Shown here one piece after another: positions 24,954 to 38,980 of a stretch of DNA of 64,000 nucleotides. Source of the DNA: Lama guanicoe (lineage: Eukaryota). The stretch lies in the NCBI GenBank assembly GCA_013239625.1, contig MU054187.1, positions 10,437,231-10,501,230 of the forward strand, written 5' to 3'. Both the position numbers and the translations under genes were made by a program. Within the stretch, counting starts at the first letter, position 1; every line of letters begins with the position of its first letter. The notes under the pieces are model-generated. The model saw only the letters and a program-made list of their open reading frames with translations. It was not told the DNA's origin and made no database searches.

Positions 24954-25469
24954 TTTAACATGTATTTTTAGTTTTTCTTTAATGAATCTCCTCTAGCTCT
25001 CCCAATGATTTCCCTGGATTAAGTGAAAACTACAGTCTCTTCTTTTGCTACTGACATACTTCAGTTTTTTCTTTAGAAAAAGAACAGTATTTTTTTTTTA
25101 AAACCGGTACTTATAATTCTTTTCCCGGAAGACCAGAACTTTGTGTTTATTATGTATATTTTTAAGGATATTTGTTCAGCTGCTTTCTCTGAGGCCAAAC
25201 AACCATAGTTTAAATAACACAGGATTGTTTGTGAATATGAACACGGCATGTAATCAACATGCCTTTTTTGCATCCTTTCTTGGAGTGCTGGTTTTTAGAT
25301 TTCTCAGTACTATTGCCCAACAGTGTTCCAGGGGAGCAAGCGTCTCAGAGCCATAAAGTCGTTCAGAGATCTCTAGTCCTTCTTTCTTATTGCTTCACCC
25401 TGGGACCAACTGGATCTGCATCTGTAGGACAGAGAGCCAGTATTTTATATGCTTTTCCAAGTGGTCCCA

Positions 25470-25700
25470 GTGTGCTGAGGCTGGGGAACCAATCCACGAG
25501 GGTGTTGTTCTTGTCCATATGGTTGAAGCGGGCTTACCAGGATCCTTTCACATTCCTGCCCCAGGGGGATGGAGGATGGGAGACAGGTTCCACACGTCAC
25601 TTTTCACCCTCATCCCCTTGACCAGAACTTCGTAACGGCTGAATCAGCTGCAAGGAGATGGGGAAGTGTAGTGTCTAGTTGGGCAGTCATGTATTGATCA
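25470..25700 (-). mobile_element. MaLR (MLT1) LTR fragment
   Basis: 'cacttttcaccctcatccccttgaccagaactt..agctgcaaggagatggggaagtgtagt'. Confidence 0.55.
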
Positions 25701-26789
25701 GCTGAGGCACGGAGAGTTTTACACTAAAATTATGAAATGCAGAATTAATATGAAGGGCACAGAGTAGTCTCCGCCACATTTTGGGACCCTGTGACTTTTT
25801 AGGCTTGTTCCTCAGAAAATCATTTATATTAGCTCTTGGATTTCTTTACTGTAAGAACCTGTTGTACTTAAAATACCATTTGGAGGATTATTTCCCCCTA
25901 AAGTAATATATTCTTGCCCACATAGAAATCCATTTCATGTTTTATTTATCCGTCTCATACGTTTGTAAGGGTTCCCTAAAGACTCCCCGCCACCCCCAAT
26001 TGTTTTTCACTATAGGAAGAGTTTGGGAGATTTGGAGACTTTGTGTAATTAAAATGTTTTTCTCAAGTCTCTCTCCCCGAAAAAGTCCCAGGATAACATG
26101 GAAATCATCATTTATGATACATTTACTTTGTGTCAGGCACTACATATTGCTTTATAACTCACAGTTCACAACTACCTGCAAGGCATGTATCCTTGCAGCT
26201 CACACCTGAGGACGCTGGTCAGTTCCTAAGTGGGAGAATGGGATTCTGAGTCGATCCATTGTGTTGCTGGTGATTCACTGGCTTGGGCATTTCTAGCTGG
26301 TGGGAGCAGCATGATTAATTAGGACTAGGAAGACCGAGGCAGATGTTGGGACCGGGACGTAGCACTTGTTGACTCCGGAAGTACACAGAAGCTAGAAGTC
26401 AGGAAGGAACAGTAGTTCATTTCAGGCAAACTGTCAAAAGCAAGTGAGCAACAGAAGCTCACGGTCAATCCAAGACAGGGGTCAGAGCCAGGCAAGCACT
26501 CAGGAGCCAGAGATTGCCCAGAAGTCAGGAGTTTCCCTCACAGAGATTAAAAAATAGACAACTTTAGATCTCCTGTTAGTTATATGTTAATGTACCCCAT
26601 TACAGAGAGTAGTTTCAGCTTAATTCCTCCTGGGTCATTTTGGATCTCTGTGTGTTTATTTACTTAGTACTTCATAGCAGGTTTGAACTCTTTATGTGTT
26701 AAATATAGCTCATGTTTATTCTATATATGATTAAATCATACACTATTTGAAGCAAGTGTTAATTTTGTACACATGTGGGCACACATGCA

Positions 26790-26828
26790 CACACTCTCTC
26801 TCTCACACACACAGACACACACACACAC
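26790..26828. repeat. Compound (CT)n(CA)n microsatellite
   Basis: Direct reading. Confidence 0.85.
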
Positions 26829-27789
26829 TTTCTACTTTCCAAAATCTGTGTCCTGCTTTGCATTTAATAGGCATTTTATAGATCACATTGGTAGAGAGCA
26901 TTAATATAATTTAAATGCAAATGAAGTGAATCCATAGTTAAAATGATCATTATACCTGGGAATGTTCTGTTTGCCAAGCCTACTTCTTTTGATTGGATGG
27001 ATAAGGGAGGGTAGCTGGCATTCAGGGAGTCACAGAATGAAGTTTGATGAATGGACCTTGTTGTTAGGTAGGGGCATGAAATTCCTTAGTTTCTACCAAG
27101 GACTATTAGTGCAACCATTTAATTGTGTACTAACGTCCAAAAGGGAATCATGCTATGGACAGATGAGTATAGTTTTCAATTGAAATATGAGAAGTTGACA
27201 TTTCTCCTGTGTATTTTTCAGTGAGCTAATAAACCTCACATATAAATTGTACCTTCTCAGTATATAGTGAAATTTTTTTGACAGTAGCAAATATTCTTTG
27301 GGATTTACTTTTTTTTTTTTTTTTAGTTTATATCTAAGGTTGACTTAGTTATAAGGAACATGATAAGTTAGACTGTCAGAAAATTTGAGAGTTTAGTTAA
27401 TGCCTGAATGGATTCTTAATTTTAAACATACATATATATATATCTGTAGTTGAGGATTTGGGTCAGGTTCAACTTTCATGGTGTTAGGAAAATATCAGCA
27501 AATGTTTTGAGAGATCCAGATAGTCAGCCTGGATATTTGAATAAATTCTTAAGAAGAAAAAGCCTGCTGATTAGATTTAAAGAAAAATATATAGCTTTAT
27601 TATGTTGTATTTATATATCCTCCTTACAAATTACTTATTTTCTGTCCTGCCAGTATTCAGAGTTCCAACTCCTCTGTGATATATCAGAATTTTCTTTAGG
27701 ATTTGATGTCTATTAAGTGAAATTTGCAGTAATTTTTTAATGAATCAATACAGAACTAAAAAAATCCATTAAAATTGAAATAAAAATTT

Positions 27790-28340
27790 AAAAATATGGA
27801 GGTTTCTCAAAAAACTAAAAATAGAAGTACTGTATCATCCAGCAATTCCACTCCTGGGCGTATATCCAAAAAACCAAAAGCACTGATTTGAAAAGATACA
27901 TGCATCCCAGTGTTTTTAGCAGCATTATTTACAATTGCCAAGATATGGAAGCAACTTAAGTGTCCATCAACAGGTGAATGGATAAAGAAAATTTGGAATA
28001 CTACACAGCCATAAAAAAGAATGAGAATTTTGCCATTTGCAGCAGCATGGATAGATTAGAGGGCATTATGCAAAATGAAATAAGTCAGCCAGAGAAAGAA
28101 AAATACTGTGCTATATCACTCATATGTGGAATCTAAAAAATTCAACAAACTAGTGAAGATAATAACAAAAGTAGCAGATTCACAGATATGGAGAACAAAC
28201 TAGTGGTGAACAAGTGGGGAGAAGGAAGGGGGAGGGCCATATCTGTAAATGGAGTATAACCTTTAAAATTGTGAATCACTATATTTGTACACCTATAACT
28301 AATGTAATATTGTATAGCAACTATACTTAAATAAAAATGA
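27790..28340 (+). mobile_element. LINE-1 3' end (end of ORF2 plus 3'UTR)
   Basis: 'atggaggtttctcaaaaaactaaaaatagaa', 'ccagcaattccactcctggg', 'gaatggataaagaaa', 'gaaataagtcag..cactcatatgtggaatctaaaaaa'. Confidence 0.92.
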
Positions 28341-28559
28341 CATTCTGAACAGTCTAAAAAAAAAACACTAGAATCAAAGTGATTTTTTATTCGTTTCTGA
28401 AACCAACTCATTTAATTTGTGAAAAACCTTATTTTCAGCATAGTATAATGTGTCAGGTCAATTTAAATATTGCTTCTAATATGATGAACATTATGATTTA
28501 TCCTCTCCAAGAATTGTTTTAAAAAATTAAGTCTAGATATTTTGATTCTTAATGTTCCA

Positions 28560-28790
28560 GGGCCTGTTTATTGAGCCCCTACTCTATGTCAGTCACAGTC
28601 CTAGGCTCAGAGGATACATCATTGACAAGAATTAAAAATCCCTGATTTCATGGTGCTCCCACTCTATCCAGGGACTAGAAGACAAATGAGGAAAATGTGT
28701 GCTATAAGCTAGTCTAAATGGCAAGGAGAAGGAATGAAACAGATGGAGAATAAAAGTCTATGTGTATTTTGATATTTTATATAGGATGAA
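28560..28790 (-). mobile_element. LINE-2 3' fragment
   Basis: 'tttattgagccctactctatgtcagtcacagtcctagg'. Confidence 0.6.
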
Positions 28791-31700
28791 AAGGCAGGAA
28801 TTCACCCCTTTCTGTCATGTTTCTTTCTGTGAAAGTCTAAAAGTATTTCAAAATCACTTTTATTTTTAACTGTTAACTTTAACAGGCTATATCCAAGAGC
28901 ACAGCATTAATCAGGTCACTTGTTTCACTCCTCAGTATAATTATAATTTAGAGGTGAAATTATGCATATACATTATTAATAAAGTTAATAGAACAGATTG
29001 GCGAAAGCATGGTGACTCGAAGACTGAAGTCTTTAGTTCATTCTCTAGCTGCCACTTTTCAGCACACTGACTTTAATAGAATAAGCATTTATTTTTGGGA
29101 GGTGCACACTCAAAATATGCTGCCTCACTCTGTGAAGTATCTGTACCCCTGAGGAGCTGATTTTGTAGAGTGTTTGCCAGTGACTAGGTTTCAGGTCCCG
29201 GCAGCTTTGTGTCCGGTGGGAACCGCAGCCCAGGTTGGGGTTCAGCGTCGGTGGGAACCCAGTGCTGCGTGCACTGCTCCTCTGGCTGAGAAGCTTCTGC
29301 TGCATGCGGTGTCCTTTAGCCCCCAGGGGGCTGAGGCATGGGACACCGGGGTGGGAGGCTGGAGATCTTGAATGTGTACCAGGATCTAAAGTCGGTGGTC
29401 TAACTGTTACGTTAGATAACCTCAGATGAGTTCAAAGCTAAGGTGTGAAGTCTTTTCCATAGGTTCTACTGATGTAAAGTCTTTCCCTGAGAGGGAACAG
29501 CGAGGGTAAGGAGTGTACCTTGCAACCCCCTCCCGCCCCCACCGTTCCGATGGTATGGTCTCCCTGGTGGCTCTCTAGAAGCCACCCCCTTGAGGAGTGT
29601 GGACAGCTGGATGCAGCCCATAGTGGCCTATAAAGTGTCATCGGCAGCCACTGCCAGAGGTGGGGGGAGGGGAAGGTCACGTCAGGACTGGGGAAAATAC
29701 ACTCTTTCTCCTCAGCATCCTGGGCCTTTGTTTCTTGCCTTGTTCCTAATAAAGTCCGGGAGCTCGGATTCTGGTGCTGCAGGTTTTTTCGGGGTTAGTC
29801 CTACAAATGGTATTGTAAAAGCAGACTTTGGTGGAGGTTCATTCTTTAGTTCACCGAGTTCATAGCATGAGGGAAGGGAAACAGATTTATGACCATCGTC
29901 ACCACCAACTTCAGAATAGAAATCGATGAATAATTATACTAGATTGAAAGAAGTGTAACTGAAGGGAAGGGATTTAGCTGGCTGGGTTGTTTGATAAGAT
30001 TGCGTGCTTTCCCCTTCCGTTTCCCTTTGGAGACTGGTCCAGGGCTAATACATCACAGAAGTTAAAAGGAAGTGCAAACACAATCATCACAGGAGGTAGA
30101 GACCTTGTCCATTCACTTCTTCACACTGTTTGGGACTTGTTTCAAATTGAGGGAAAACGTGGGGGACTTATGTCTCCTCCGTCAGTGGCACTGGCTTAGA
30201 GAGTGTGGTGTGACGCCGGCAAAACTGGGACTAAGTCAGCCTTAATGCTAACAGCCATTGTAGCAAACTCGCTGCAAGAATGATGCGGACTGCATGGAGT
30301 GAGCTCTAAAGGCAAGTAGATTTGTTTAATGATGAAATGCAAGGGGCAGAGCCTAGGAGGGCAGTCAGATATGGATGATCCCTCTAACTCTGTAACAAAA
30401 TGTTCGGCCCCATCTGGAGCTCTTATGTGGGGGCTTGGAGATCTGTTCCCTCTGCTCAGTGTCTCCGTGCTTGTCCAGTTTATCAGTCCCAAAGTCCCAA
30501 GAGGAGGCACGGAGAGCTGACGGTGCTCATTAATCAGAGCACAGTAAATGCCGCTGGGGTGAACACAGGGAAGCAGGGCCGGAGTTAGAAATCGGTCTGA
30601 GATGACATCTGGACCAGCCAGAGGGTCATGAAAGGAACTGGGGTCAAGGGTTAACACAGCTGGGGTCTCTAGTCTGTGACACAGAATCAAGGAAGCAGCT
30701 TCGGGGAATCTCAGCCGTCTCTTACACTTGAGAAATGTAGTTCCTGCTGATGGATCCCTTCCCACCCTGGTCTGATCATCCCCTGTCCCTTCGCTTTCAG
30801 GCTTCTCTGGCACAGACTGCCTCACTGGGTAGCTCAGAGAACGGACTTCTGGCTTGTGATGCCTTGTGAGGGATGAACGATCCTATAGTAATAAAGATTA
30901 GGACTAATGTTTGTAACCCAAGGAGATGTAGATTATAACTGCTTTTATTAAGCTTATTTCCTGAGATGATTGGAGCAATCATTTGAGCCAGTTGGTTTAT
31001 AGTTACTCCCTTGGTCCGTTTTCTACCTAGAAGTGTTTATTCATGTTTTATGAGTTTTTTGTATAATTTAGAAGAATGCTTACCAGCCACCAGGGACCTC
31101 CCTTAATAAATCAAGTCTGACCTTATCTAGGGACTGAGCCATTAGGAAAGGCTTGAAAACATTCCTGATGGCTTGTTTGAAGGTTGCTGTTTATTCCGGT
31201 CAGGTCAGCAGCTGGACTTAGCTGCCACTGTGTAAATATTAGAAGGGTCTTCTTTGGTCCACGTATGGTCCCAGGTGGACACAGGTGGAATGGGTTACTC
31301 CAGACAAAAGGAACAGAGTTAGAGAATCTTCTGTCCATCATCTGAGCCTGTCTTCATGCCCTATAATTCAAGTTTCTATAGCTCTGTGATTTTTCTAATT
31401 CCCAGCACCCTAAATTCTTCTTTGCCTGGTTTGTTTACACTGTTTTTATAATTTGTTTAGAGATTTGGGAAGTATGGAGAAATAATAAGAGAGAAATCAG
31501 TTATCTCCATTTTTGGGAAACCACAGAGCAAGGTGGTTTTGTTTATCAGCTTAATGGTGTATGTTTAATAGTTGCTGAGAGGGAGGTGAAGATCTGTTTC
31601 TTCTTGGGGTCTCAAGTCTCTAAGTTTCATGTTAAACAGTGTAAGGTCCAGATACAGTTTAGTCTTCAAACAGCCACCCCACACCCAAAACCAAAAATGC

Positions 31701-33133
31701 ACAAAAACCCCCGAACTTCAGATGAGAGCAGTTCTTATTCCTATGAAGAAATACTGTGATGATCATCAGCCCTTTGACGACATGGGATTAATTATCCCAG
31801 CAAAAATAACAATGCTGCTAATCTATTTTCATGTTTCTGCGTCTCTGATGGAACCAATTTATAAATAAAGGCTGACATTTTCCTTTGCAGTTCTCAGCCC
31901 CACTGATTCCCTGTGGAGATTGGGTTGGGCTGCCAGTTTGGGAAAATGCACCCCAAATACTTGGTGTTAAGAGTTCTCACACTAGTAGCTACAAACCCAT
32001 GTTTTCTTGATCAAGAGGTAATCAATCCTCTTTTGACTTTAGAGTAAGAAATGTGAAATAAATCAAGAGAAAATTATTCTCTTCTGAGATTGTGATGTAA
32101 TTGGTGCCAAACGTTAAGGCTACTCACAGCAAGATAAAGAGCCTTGGGAGCCAGGACAGAGCCTTGGGGAGCAGGGCCGCCTTCCTCCAACCTTTGACAC
32201 TGCAGGGCCTGCACTGTCTGGAGCTATTTACCAATTATATCCTTCTACTAATTTACCTAATGCCAACAGATTCTCTTTCATCTATCACTCTAGTGACAAA
32301 GAGCGGTGGCTTTTGAGTAGATTTTACTTTTGATAGAAATTGTTGGAAAGACTCTCATTCCATGGTTTTGCTTTGTAGAACAGTGATTAAAATGGTCCCG
32401 CTGAAGAATTGGTGCAGGGGAGTAGTGAGTGATGAAGGTAGCTTAGGGTGAGATGGTGGATGGCCTTGAATGCCAGGAGAAATAGTTTAGAATGAATTTA
32501 GCAGAACTTGAAGAGCTCGGGGAGGTTTTTGAGCAAGGGAGCCACAGAGTTGAACTTTGATTTGGAAAGTCATCTGGCAGATTGGCTTTTGGCAATAGAT
32601 GGGCAGGAATGGCTCTACTGGGGACAGGTGAGATTGGAAGAGACCAATCCATTACGCCCAACAAATACTGGAAAGACTAAGTCACTGAGGAATATGACAA
32701 TGGCCTTACTCCTGATCAATTTAATTAGAATCTCAGAATAGGGGGAGAGAGAGTGGACAGTCAGTGATTAGTATTTTTAAAAGGCTCCCTAGCTGATTCT
32801 GATATGTAGGTAAGGTTGAGAAATGCAGGGAAATGAATTAAATGGCATTAGCCTACATATCAATCAAGACTGAGCTAGAGATAAGTAATGTGGGTCCCAT
32901 GCCCCTAAAAAGGTGATCAGTATGATTTATGTGTTTGCTTCCTTGGAAAGTGACAGAGCTCTGAGATGACAGGAAGAGAGAATGAGTTGAGAATTGGAGC
33001 ACATTTGTGGAGTAGTTTAAAAGACAGTATGGAACAGGTCAACATGATCAGGAATGAGAAAAGAGACTATAGCCATGGGCCAGAATGGGCTTTTTCTGCA
33101 GTTGAGAGCCTTTCTGATTCTCCCCTTCCATGC

Positions 33134-33597
33134 TGTTGACGAAAAATTTATCAATAGTCAATCTAAGAAAGGAATGGAAAATTGTATTAGAGCCAAACTG
33201 AGGATTGTAACCTGGGAGGGAGTCTCTCGGAAGGCTCTGAGAACTTCCGAAGAGGTGCGGGGGAGGTCAGTGATGTGATTTTGGCGAAGGGGTACGTGCA
33301 GCCAGGAGCGCATCTTGGTAGAAGGTTGCTGCTAGTCATGAGGGACAGACATCTCAGTTAATGGTCCTAGTGCTTTCCTGAGTGTGGGAAGATGCAAGAA
33401 TCCAGGTTCATAAAACATGTCTCCTGAAAATATCTACCTATCTGAGGGCCAGTTCTGCCAGTGTCCCCAGAGCATAGAGTGCCCATCCTGATCTTCACCC
33501 TGAGGTCCTTTCAGGGTGTACTGTAGGTCAGTGACCGCCATGGTTGATGACTTCATTCTTGTAAAAATGGGTGGCAGGCAACTTTCTTTATGTTGCA
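33134..33597 (-). mobile_element. ERV1 LTR (MER4/MER41-group-like), the 3' LTR of a truncated provirus
   Basis: TG..CA termini; 'agccaaactgaggattgtaacctgg', 'cctttcagggtgtactgtaggtcag'; a minus-strand polypurine tract (GGAGGGGAC) abuts the LTR at 33598. Confidence 0.75.
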
Positions 33598-34290
33598 GTC
33601 CCCTCCATTTTGGTCTTAATTTCAACCAAGGTTTGACCAGTTTGTCTCATGGCACTAAGAATGCTCATTGTCAGGTAGGGGAGGATTTCACTGATGGGCT
33701 GTTACTAGACCAGGCCCTGTTAACAGCAGCCAAAAGCCTCTGGACCGCCTGCCTTACTAGTCTGCTATGGTCCTGGGGATGGTTCCCTCTTGTTGCTTCT
33801 TCCCAAATCTAGAGTTACACTATTACAGTCATTGATCCTATACAACTTTATAGTTGGTCAGTCATTTCAAATCACCCAGTTATCATTAATTTTATCTGAA
33901 CCTCAGTCACACTTTTTGGTAATGCATGAAATAATAATCTTGTAAAATGGGCAGAATACAAGTAATATAGCCAAATAACATTAATTGGGTCATAAATATG
34001 TTTTTAAGCTAAGAACTTCCACTAAGTGCAGCCCAGTGTCTCCCCAGGACATCTGACCAGTCTGTTCCGCACAGGTCACTGTCTTTAAGGGACATGGTGT
34101 ATCGCATTGTGCGTGAAGTTCACCAAAGATGTCTGCACGTACAAGATGAGTGGTGGGTCATTGCGACTCCATACAGGGTTAAGAAAGGACTGTTATCGTC
34201 TCAGGAGTTACATGGCTGGTGCCAGAAGGAGAAATATTGATCTTTATGGTTGAGCAGGTGTTTCTGCCACTGGGGGGTCTGGTTAAGATG
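33598..34290 (-). mobile_element. ERV internal remnant (PPT plus degenerate env-like 3' region)
   Basis: Adjacent to the LTR through the PPT; a minus-strand segment reads LAILLVFCPFYKIIISCITK, like an env membrane anchor; far boundary uncertain. Confidence 0.5.
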
Positions 34291-34599
34291 CACTGTGCAC
34301 ACTGGAGGGGAGGGAGGAGGCCCAGATGGGCAGAGAAAAAATTTTGTTTAAATTTTTCTTGTCTTGTCATAAAATATGAATTCTTATTTCGTCAATGCAT
34401 TACTCTAGTTCTCCAGATACATAAAACTTTGAAAAAAGGAATACTTAAAAAAAAAAAACTGCTATGCAGTGGGAGGGTTAAACTGACGACTTGGTACAGT
34501 GAGACCTGACTTCTGGTCCTTCCATGACTTACTAAGGAAAGAGGGAAAGTTACTGACATGCGCCAAGTGACTCCCATATGATGGGCATTTATGTCCATT

Positions 34600-34730
34600 A
34601 CCACTAACCTTCATAGCAGCCCTGTGATGTAGGGATTAACCTCCCAGTTTTATAGGAAAGAAAAGGAGGCTCAAAGGGGGTCGCCAGCTTGCCACAGAGT
34701 ACACATCTGCTCTTGCTCCAGGCCTGCGCC
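34600..34730 (-). mobile_element. MIR SINE
   Basis: 'tcatagcagccctgtgatgtagggattaacctcccagttttatagg..gaggctcaaagg'. Confidence 0.65.
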
Positions 34731-34949
34731 GTTTCACCTCCCCTGTGCTGTCTCAGCGTAGGTGAGAAACCGGGGAGATGAACTTCGACTTTTGTAATAA
34801 AGGAGAGCACAGAGACTAGTATTATTGCTGTCATGGTTAGTTACTGTAGAGATAACCCAGATGGATGGCTCGTTCAAAGTCACCTGAAGGAAGGTGACAA
34901 AGGAAAAGATGTGCAGAAGAACCCAGAGTCCAAAAACCCTACCCCAAGA

Positions 34950-36295
34950 ATAGAAGAAGGGTTGGGCTGAGAACATAAGTCAATTCATATTACTTCTGCC
35001 ACATTTTCCTTTGCATTGACTCTACTGGCTCTTAACTCCACCATTCCACCCAAAATGCCTTTGTCCAAGTCTCCAGTGATACCCGTAGTGCTACAGCCAG
35101 TGGTTAGTTTCTCAGTCCTGGTTTTACATGGCCTCCTTCCGCTCACTGAGGCACTTCCTTCCAGATGCTACACCCTCCTGACTTGCCTCCTGCCTCTTTC
35201 TGTGCTCCGTCCGCCCTCTGTGTCCTCGGCTGGCTGCTCTTCCCCACGTGTCCTTGTTGGAGCTACGTGCTATGTTTCCTGGAGCCCAAGGATTCATTGC
35301 TCTGACGTTTTCTCTTTCCTACCTACGTTTATTCCCTTGACAATCACCCTGAACGTCAGCCTTGAATTCCTGCCTCTCTTCCTGATGTCTGATAGGCGTC
35401 TCTGACTTCGCCTGACCAAAACCAAACTCATCACCCACCTCCTCCCCCCCCCCCGCCCACACCACCTCCCACTCTCTCCCTGCCAAGCCTCATCCTTCTG
35501 AGATCTTACTCTCGTTGGTAAACCACAACTTAGTCTTTTTCTCAGTAGCCCGCATCTGCTGTGCCAAATCCTTTTAGCTCTAGCTTGAAAAAATACCCAG
35601 ACTTTAACCACTTTTCACCACCTCTGTCCACTACCCGGGGCCTGAACCTATTTGGTTTTCCTGCAGCCCTAAAGCAGGAGTTTATAGCGTAGCTGGAGCG
35701 AGGCTTTAAGAACATGTCAAGTCATTTTGCTGCTTTGCTCTGAATCCTCCAAATACTTCTCCCCTCCTTCAGAGGAAGAGCTGAAGTCCGTCTAGCGGCC
35801 TGGGAGACCCCGATCTGCCCCTTTACTCTCTGATCTTGTTTCCTGCTGTTTTCCCTCACCTTCTAATCATGACCGCCTCTTGGCTGAGCCTCGAACATGC
35901 CAGGTGTGCTCCTGCCTCAGGCCTTTGAACTCTTGTTCCCTTTGCTTGGCACCTTCTCATCCCAGGGATACCAGGTCCTTCTTTTCCTTTAGGTCTTTGC
36001 GCAGATGTCACCTCTCAGGAGGTTCTTCCTTGACCACTATATTCCAAGTGGCGACCCCTCCGTCTTGAGCCCAACGCTCCCATCCACGTTTCCTGCTTCA
36101 GTCTCTCTCTAGCACTTGCTGACGCACTAGTTGCCTTAATTGTTCTGTTGGCTTATGTCTGCTTCTTCTCCCACTAGAAAGTGACCTCATTAGGGCCGGG
36201 AAGGGATTCATGACCATTTGTTTATTACTCTGTTCAACCCTTATAACAATGCCTACCATGTAGTAATGTTCAGAAATATTTGTTGAATGAATTGC
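34950..36295 (+). mobile_element. LINE-2 long fragment including the 3' tail
   Basis: Pyrimidine-rich L2 text ending 'cccactagaaagtgacctca..catgtagtaatgttcagaaatattttgttgaatgaat'. Confidence 0.8.
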
Positions 36296-38669
36296 TGTGG
36301 GTCATATTCAATATCATGTTAAGGTATAGAAATATTTTTAAAAACTCTTTGTTGAGAAAACTTCTTGAAACATTCACATATATTGGAAAGGTATTGAAGG
36401 TCTAGTAAAGGGGGCCACAAACTTGAGTCAGATCTGTCAATGTTAAGAGTTTACAAAGTAGGTAATATCAATAATAAAATGAATGAGGAAAAGAGATATA
36501 CTGACAAAGTTAACTTATAAAACTAGGAAGTAACTAAACATTGGCAAAGTTAAAGAGAAGTGAAATTAGCTGGAGACTTCATTTATAAGATGTCATCCAG
36601 TGGTTATCCAATAATACATTTCAATAGTAATAAAAAATAGTGGAAGTGATATTATTAAAGTTTCGATTTGACTTGGGTGAAAACAGTTAACTAATTATTT
36701 TCCATGTGTCTGAGCAAAGCAATAAGACAGCAGTGGTTAGTGGCAAGTATTCTTGATGTGGGAAAGGAAAATGCTACTTTGGGAAATAAAGACACTGTAG
36801 AAATGAACATTTAGAAATCTGCAGAGGATTCCACAGGGGACTGATGTGTTTTCTAAAGTTCTCTTGTGATGAGATATGGAGGGTCCTTTCCTAAGTGCCA
36901 GTTTGTGAGCATAACACATCCCGTTCTCAGCTTGGCATTCTAGAGCCTTTACAAATAGGTCCTTACCTTATCTGTCTAAACTCACTTACTATAGCTACCC
37001 CTGAGGACTCCTTCCTGTAGGGTTAGTTTGGTTCTCAGGTGATCCAATTAAACACCTTCTGACTTATCTTCCTGCCTCTGCCTCTGCCATTCTTTCCACT
37101 GGGATAACCTTTCTCTTCTTGAATATTCATATTCTGCTTGCCTTTCAAGACCCAGTTCACATATCACTTTTCTGCACTGACATCCTTCCTAATCTAGCCC
37201 ATACCACTCTTACCTTCATTCACCTCCTGTATATTTTATTGTTCACAACACAGATTTCATCACTTCAGTATTACTTGTCTTGCATTGCCATTTATGTTTT
37301 TGTAAATAATTATTTGTGTGGACATCACAGTTTATGACATTGTCATATTTGTGCCTGATGGTAAAGCAAGTCAGACGTTTTACAGATGGGAACAGCCATA
37401 CTGGTAAGAGTCTCAGAACACAGCGCTGGAGTTAAACATGAAATAGGAGAACCTAACAATCTCAATTGTTCTAACTTTCCAGGTGCTTTCACTTACTGTA
37501 AAACTTACTTTTTTTCCTTTATATTTTCCATAGATCCTAGCATATGTCTAGGTGTTATGTGTCTGATTGGCTCATTGCAGTATATGCTAGAAGTAATTAA
37601 GAAAATATTTTCTGAATTATAAAGTTGTACTTACATTTGCCTTTCTGTACTTAGATTGAAAATTGGAGAAAAGGCAAATTGTTACTAAAAGTTTCCTTGA
37701 TGTCTCTGATAAACAGCTTTTAAGAAATAATTTTATCGATAGAAACTCATTAAGTGATGTTTGAAAGCTCCTCTCTCAGTGTTGCTTTTGTGACACTGCT
37801 CAGGACTTAAACTGCTGAAATATAATTTTTCTGGTATCTTGGTTAAAAAGAAACATCATGATTGCTAGATTAAAACAGCAAAAAAAAAAAAACGAAGAAA
37901 ATCTGTAGAATTTTTAAAGCATTCCAATAAGTTTGATTTTAAAAGTGCGAATTTATAAGCCTTTTCATGTCATCTGCCAAAAATCTATTTTAATAGGTAT
38001 ATATTATCTCTTTCTATATATAAACATATAACATTTATATTTTAGTAGATATTATTATTTTATAACATGGCATGAGATCAGTTAGCTAAAATCTTACTTA
38101 GAAATGTTCTGCTTTTATTAAGTTTTGGAGTTCATTTGCCCATAAAAGGAATAACAAAAGGATGAATGAAGTGGAGTGAACTTTTTAAAACTGCTTTTTT
38201 TGGTAGATTAAAATAGTATGGTTGGCCAAGTATGAGGGTGAGAAAATGTTCCTACTAATTAATCATACACATTCTGAGAATTTGTTTGGGGCTGATTGTA
38301 CAAAGCTAATACAAAGAGGAAGCCACTTAACTTGTACTGCAGTGAATGGTTATGACGGTCAGTTCTCCCAACCTAGAGATACTCTAATGATGCCATTTAA
38401 AAAAAATTGTGTTTCAGCTCTTTCAATTTTACCTATGACTCTCAAGGCCATAGGTCATAAGAAGCTTTGCAGGGACAGCCTGGGTCTTATGGAAGATTTG
38501 CCTCTGGGGGCTCCTCCTTGAAGCCAGCCAGCACATAGGAGGTGTGGCTGCTCTGGGATGAACATGTTTTGAGAAGCCTGAGCCACATGGGGAGGCCTTA
38601 AAGTATAAGATACCCTAGAGAGAGAACCAAGGCCCAGTAACGGCCTCCTCCAAGGGTAACAACCACTCG

Positions 38670-38980
38670 GACATCATCCAGCGCCCTAAATTAGTTTTGT
38701 CTTGCTTTGAATTTGTGTAAATGGATTTATCTGCTATATACGCTTTTGTGTCTTGTATCTTTCACGTAATGTTTGTGTGATTTATCCACATTATTGAGTG
38801 CAGCTATAGTTCAGACATGCTCACTGCGATACAATGTCCCATTCTATGAATTCATCACAGTTTATCTTCTATTCTTGATGGGCATTGGGATGGTTTCCTG
38901 TTGTTGGCTATTCTGGACAGTCCTGCTATTAACATTCTTATAAATGCCTTTGGTAAACGTACGTTCACCTTTCTGTTGGC
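38670..38980 (-). mobile_element. Old LINE-1 (L1ME-like) 3'UTR fragment
   Basis: 'ttgatgggcattgggatggtttcctgttgttggctatt..tgctattaacattctt'. Confidence 0.7.

Noticed and set aside
30196..30825. 209-aa minus-strand ORF
   Set aside because: Non-ATG start, no recognisable domain, and no splice, poly(A) or TSD evidence for a gene or retrocopy
32138..32176. Imperfect 20-bp tandem duplication (AGAGCCTTGGG..)
   Set aside because: An ordinary local slippage duplication with no further structure
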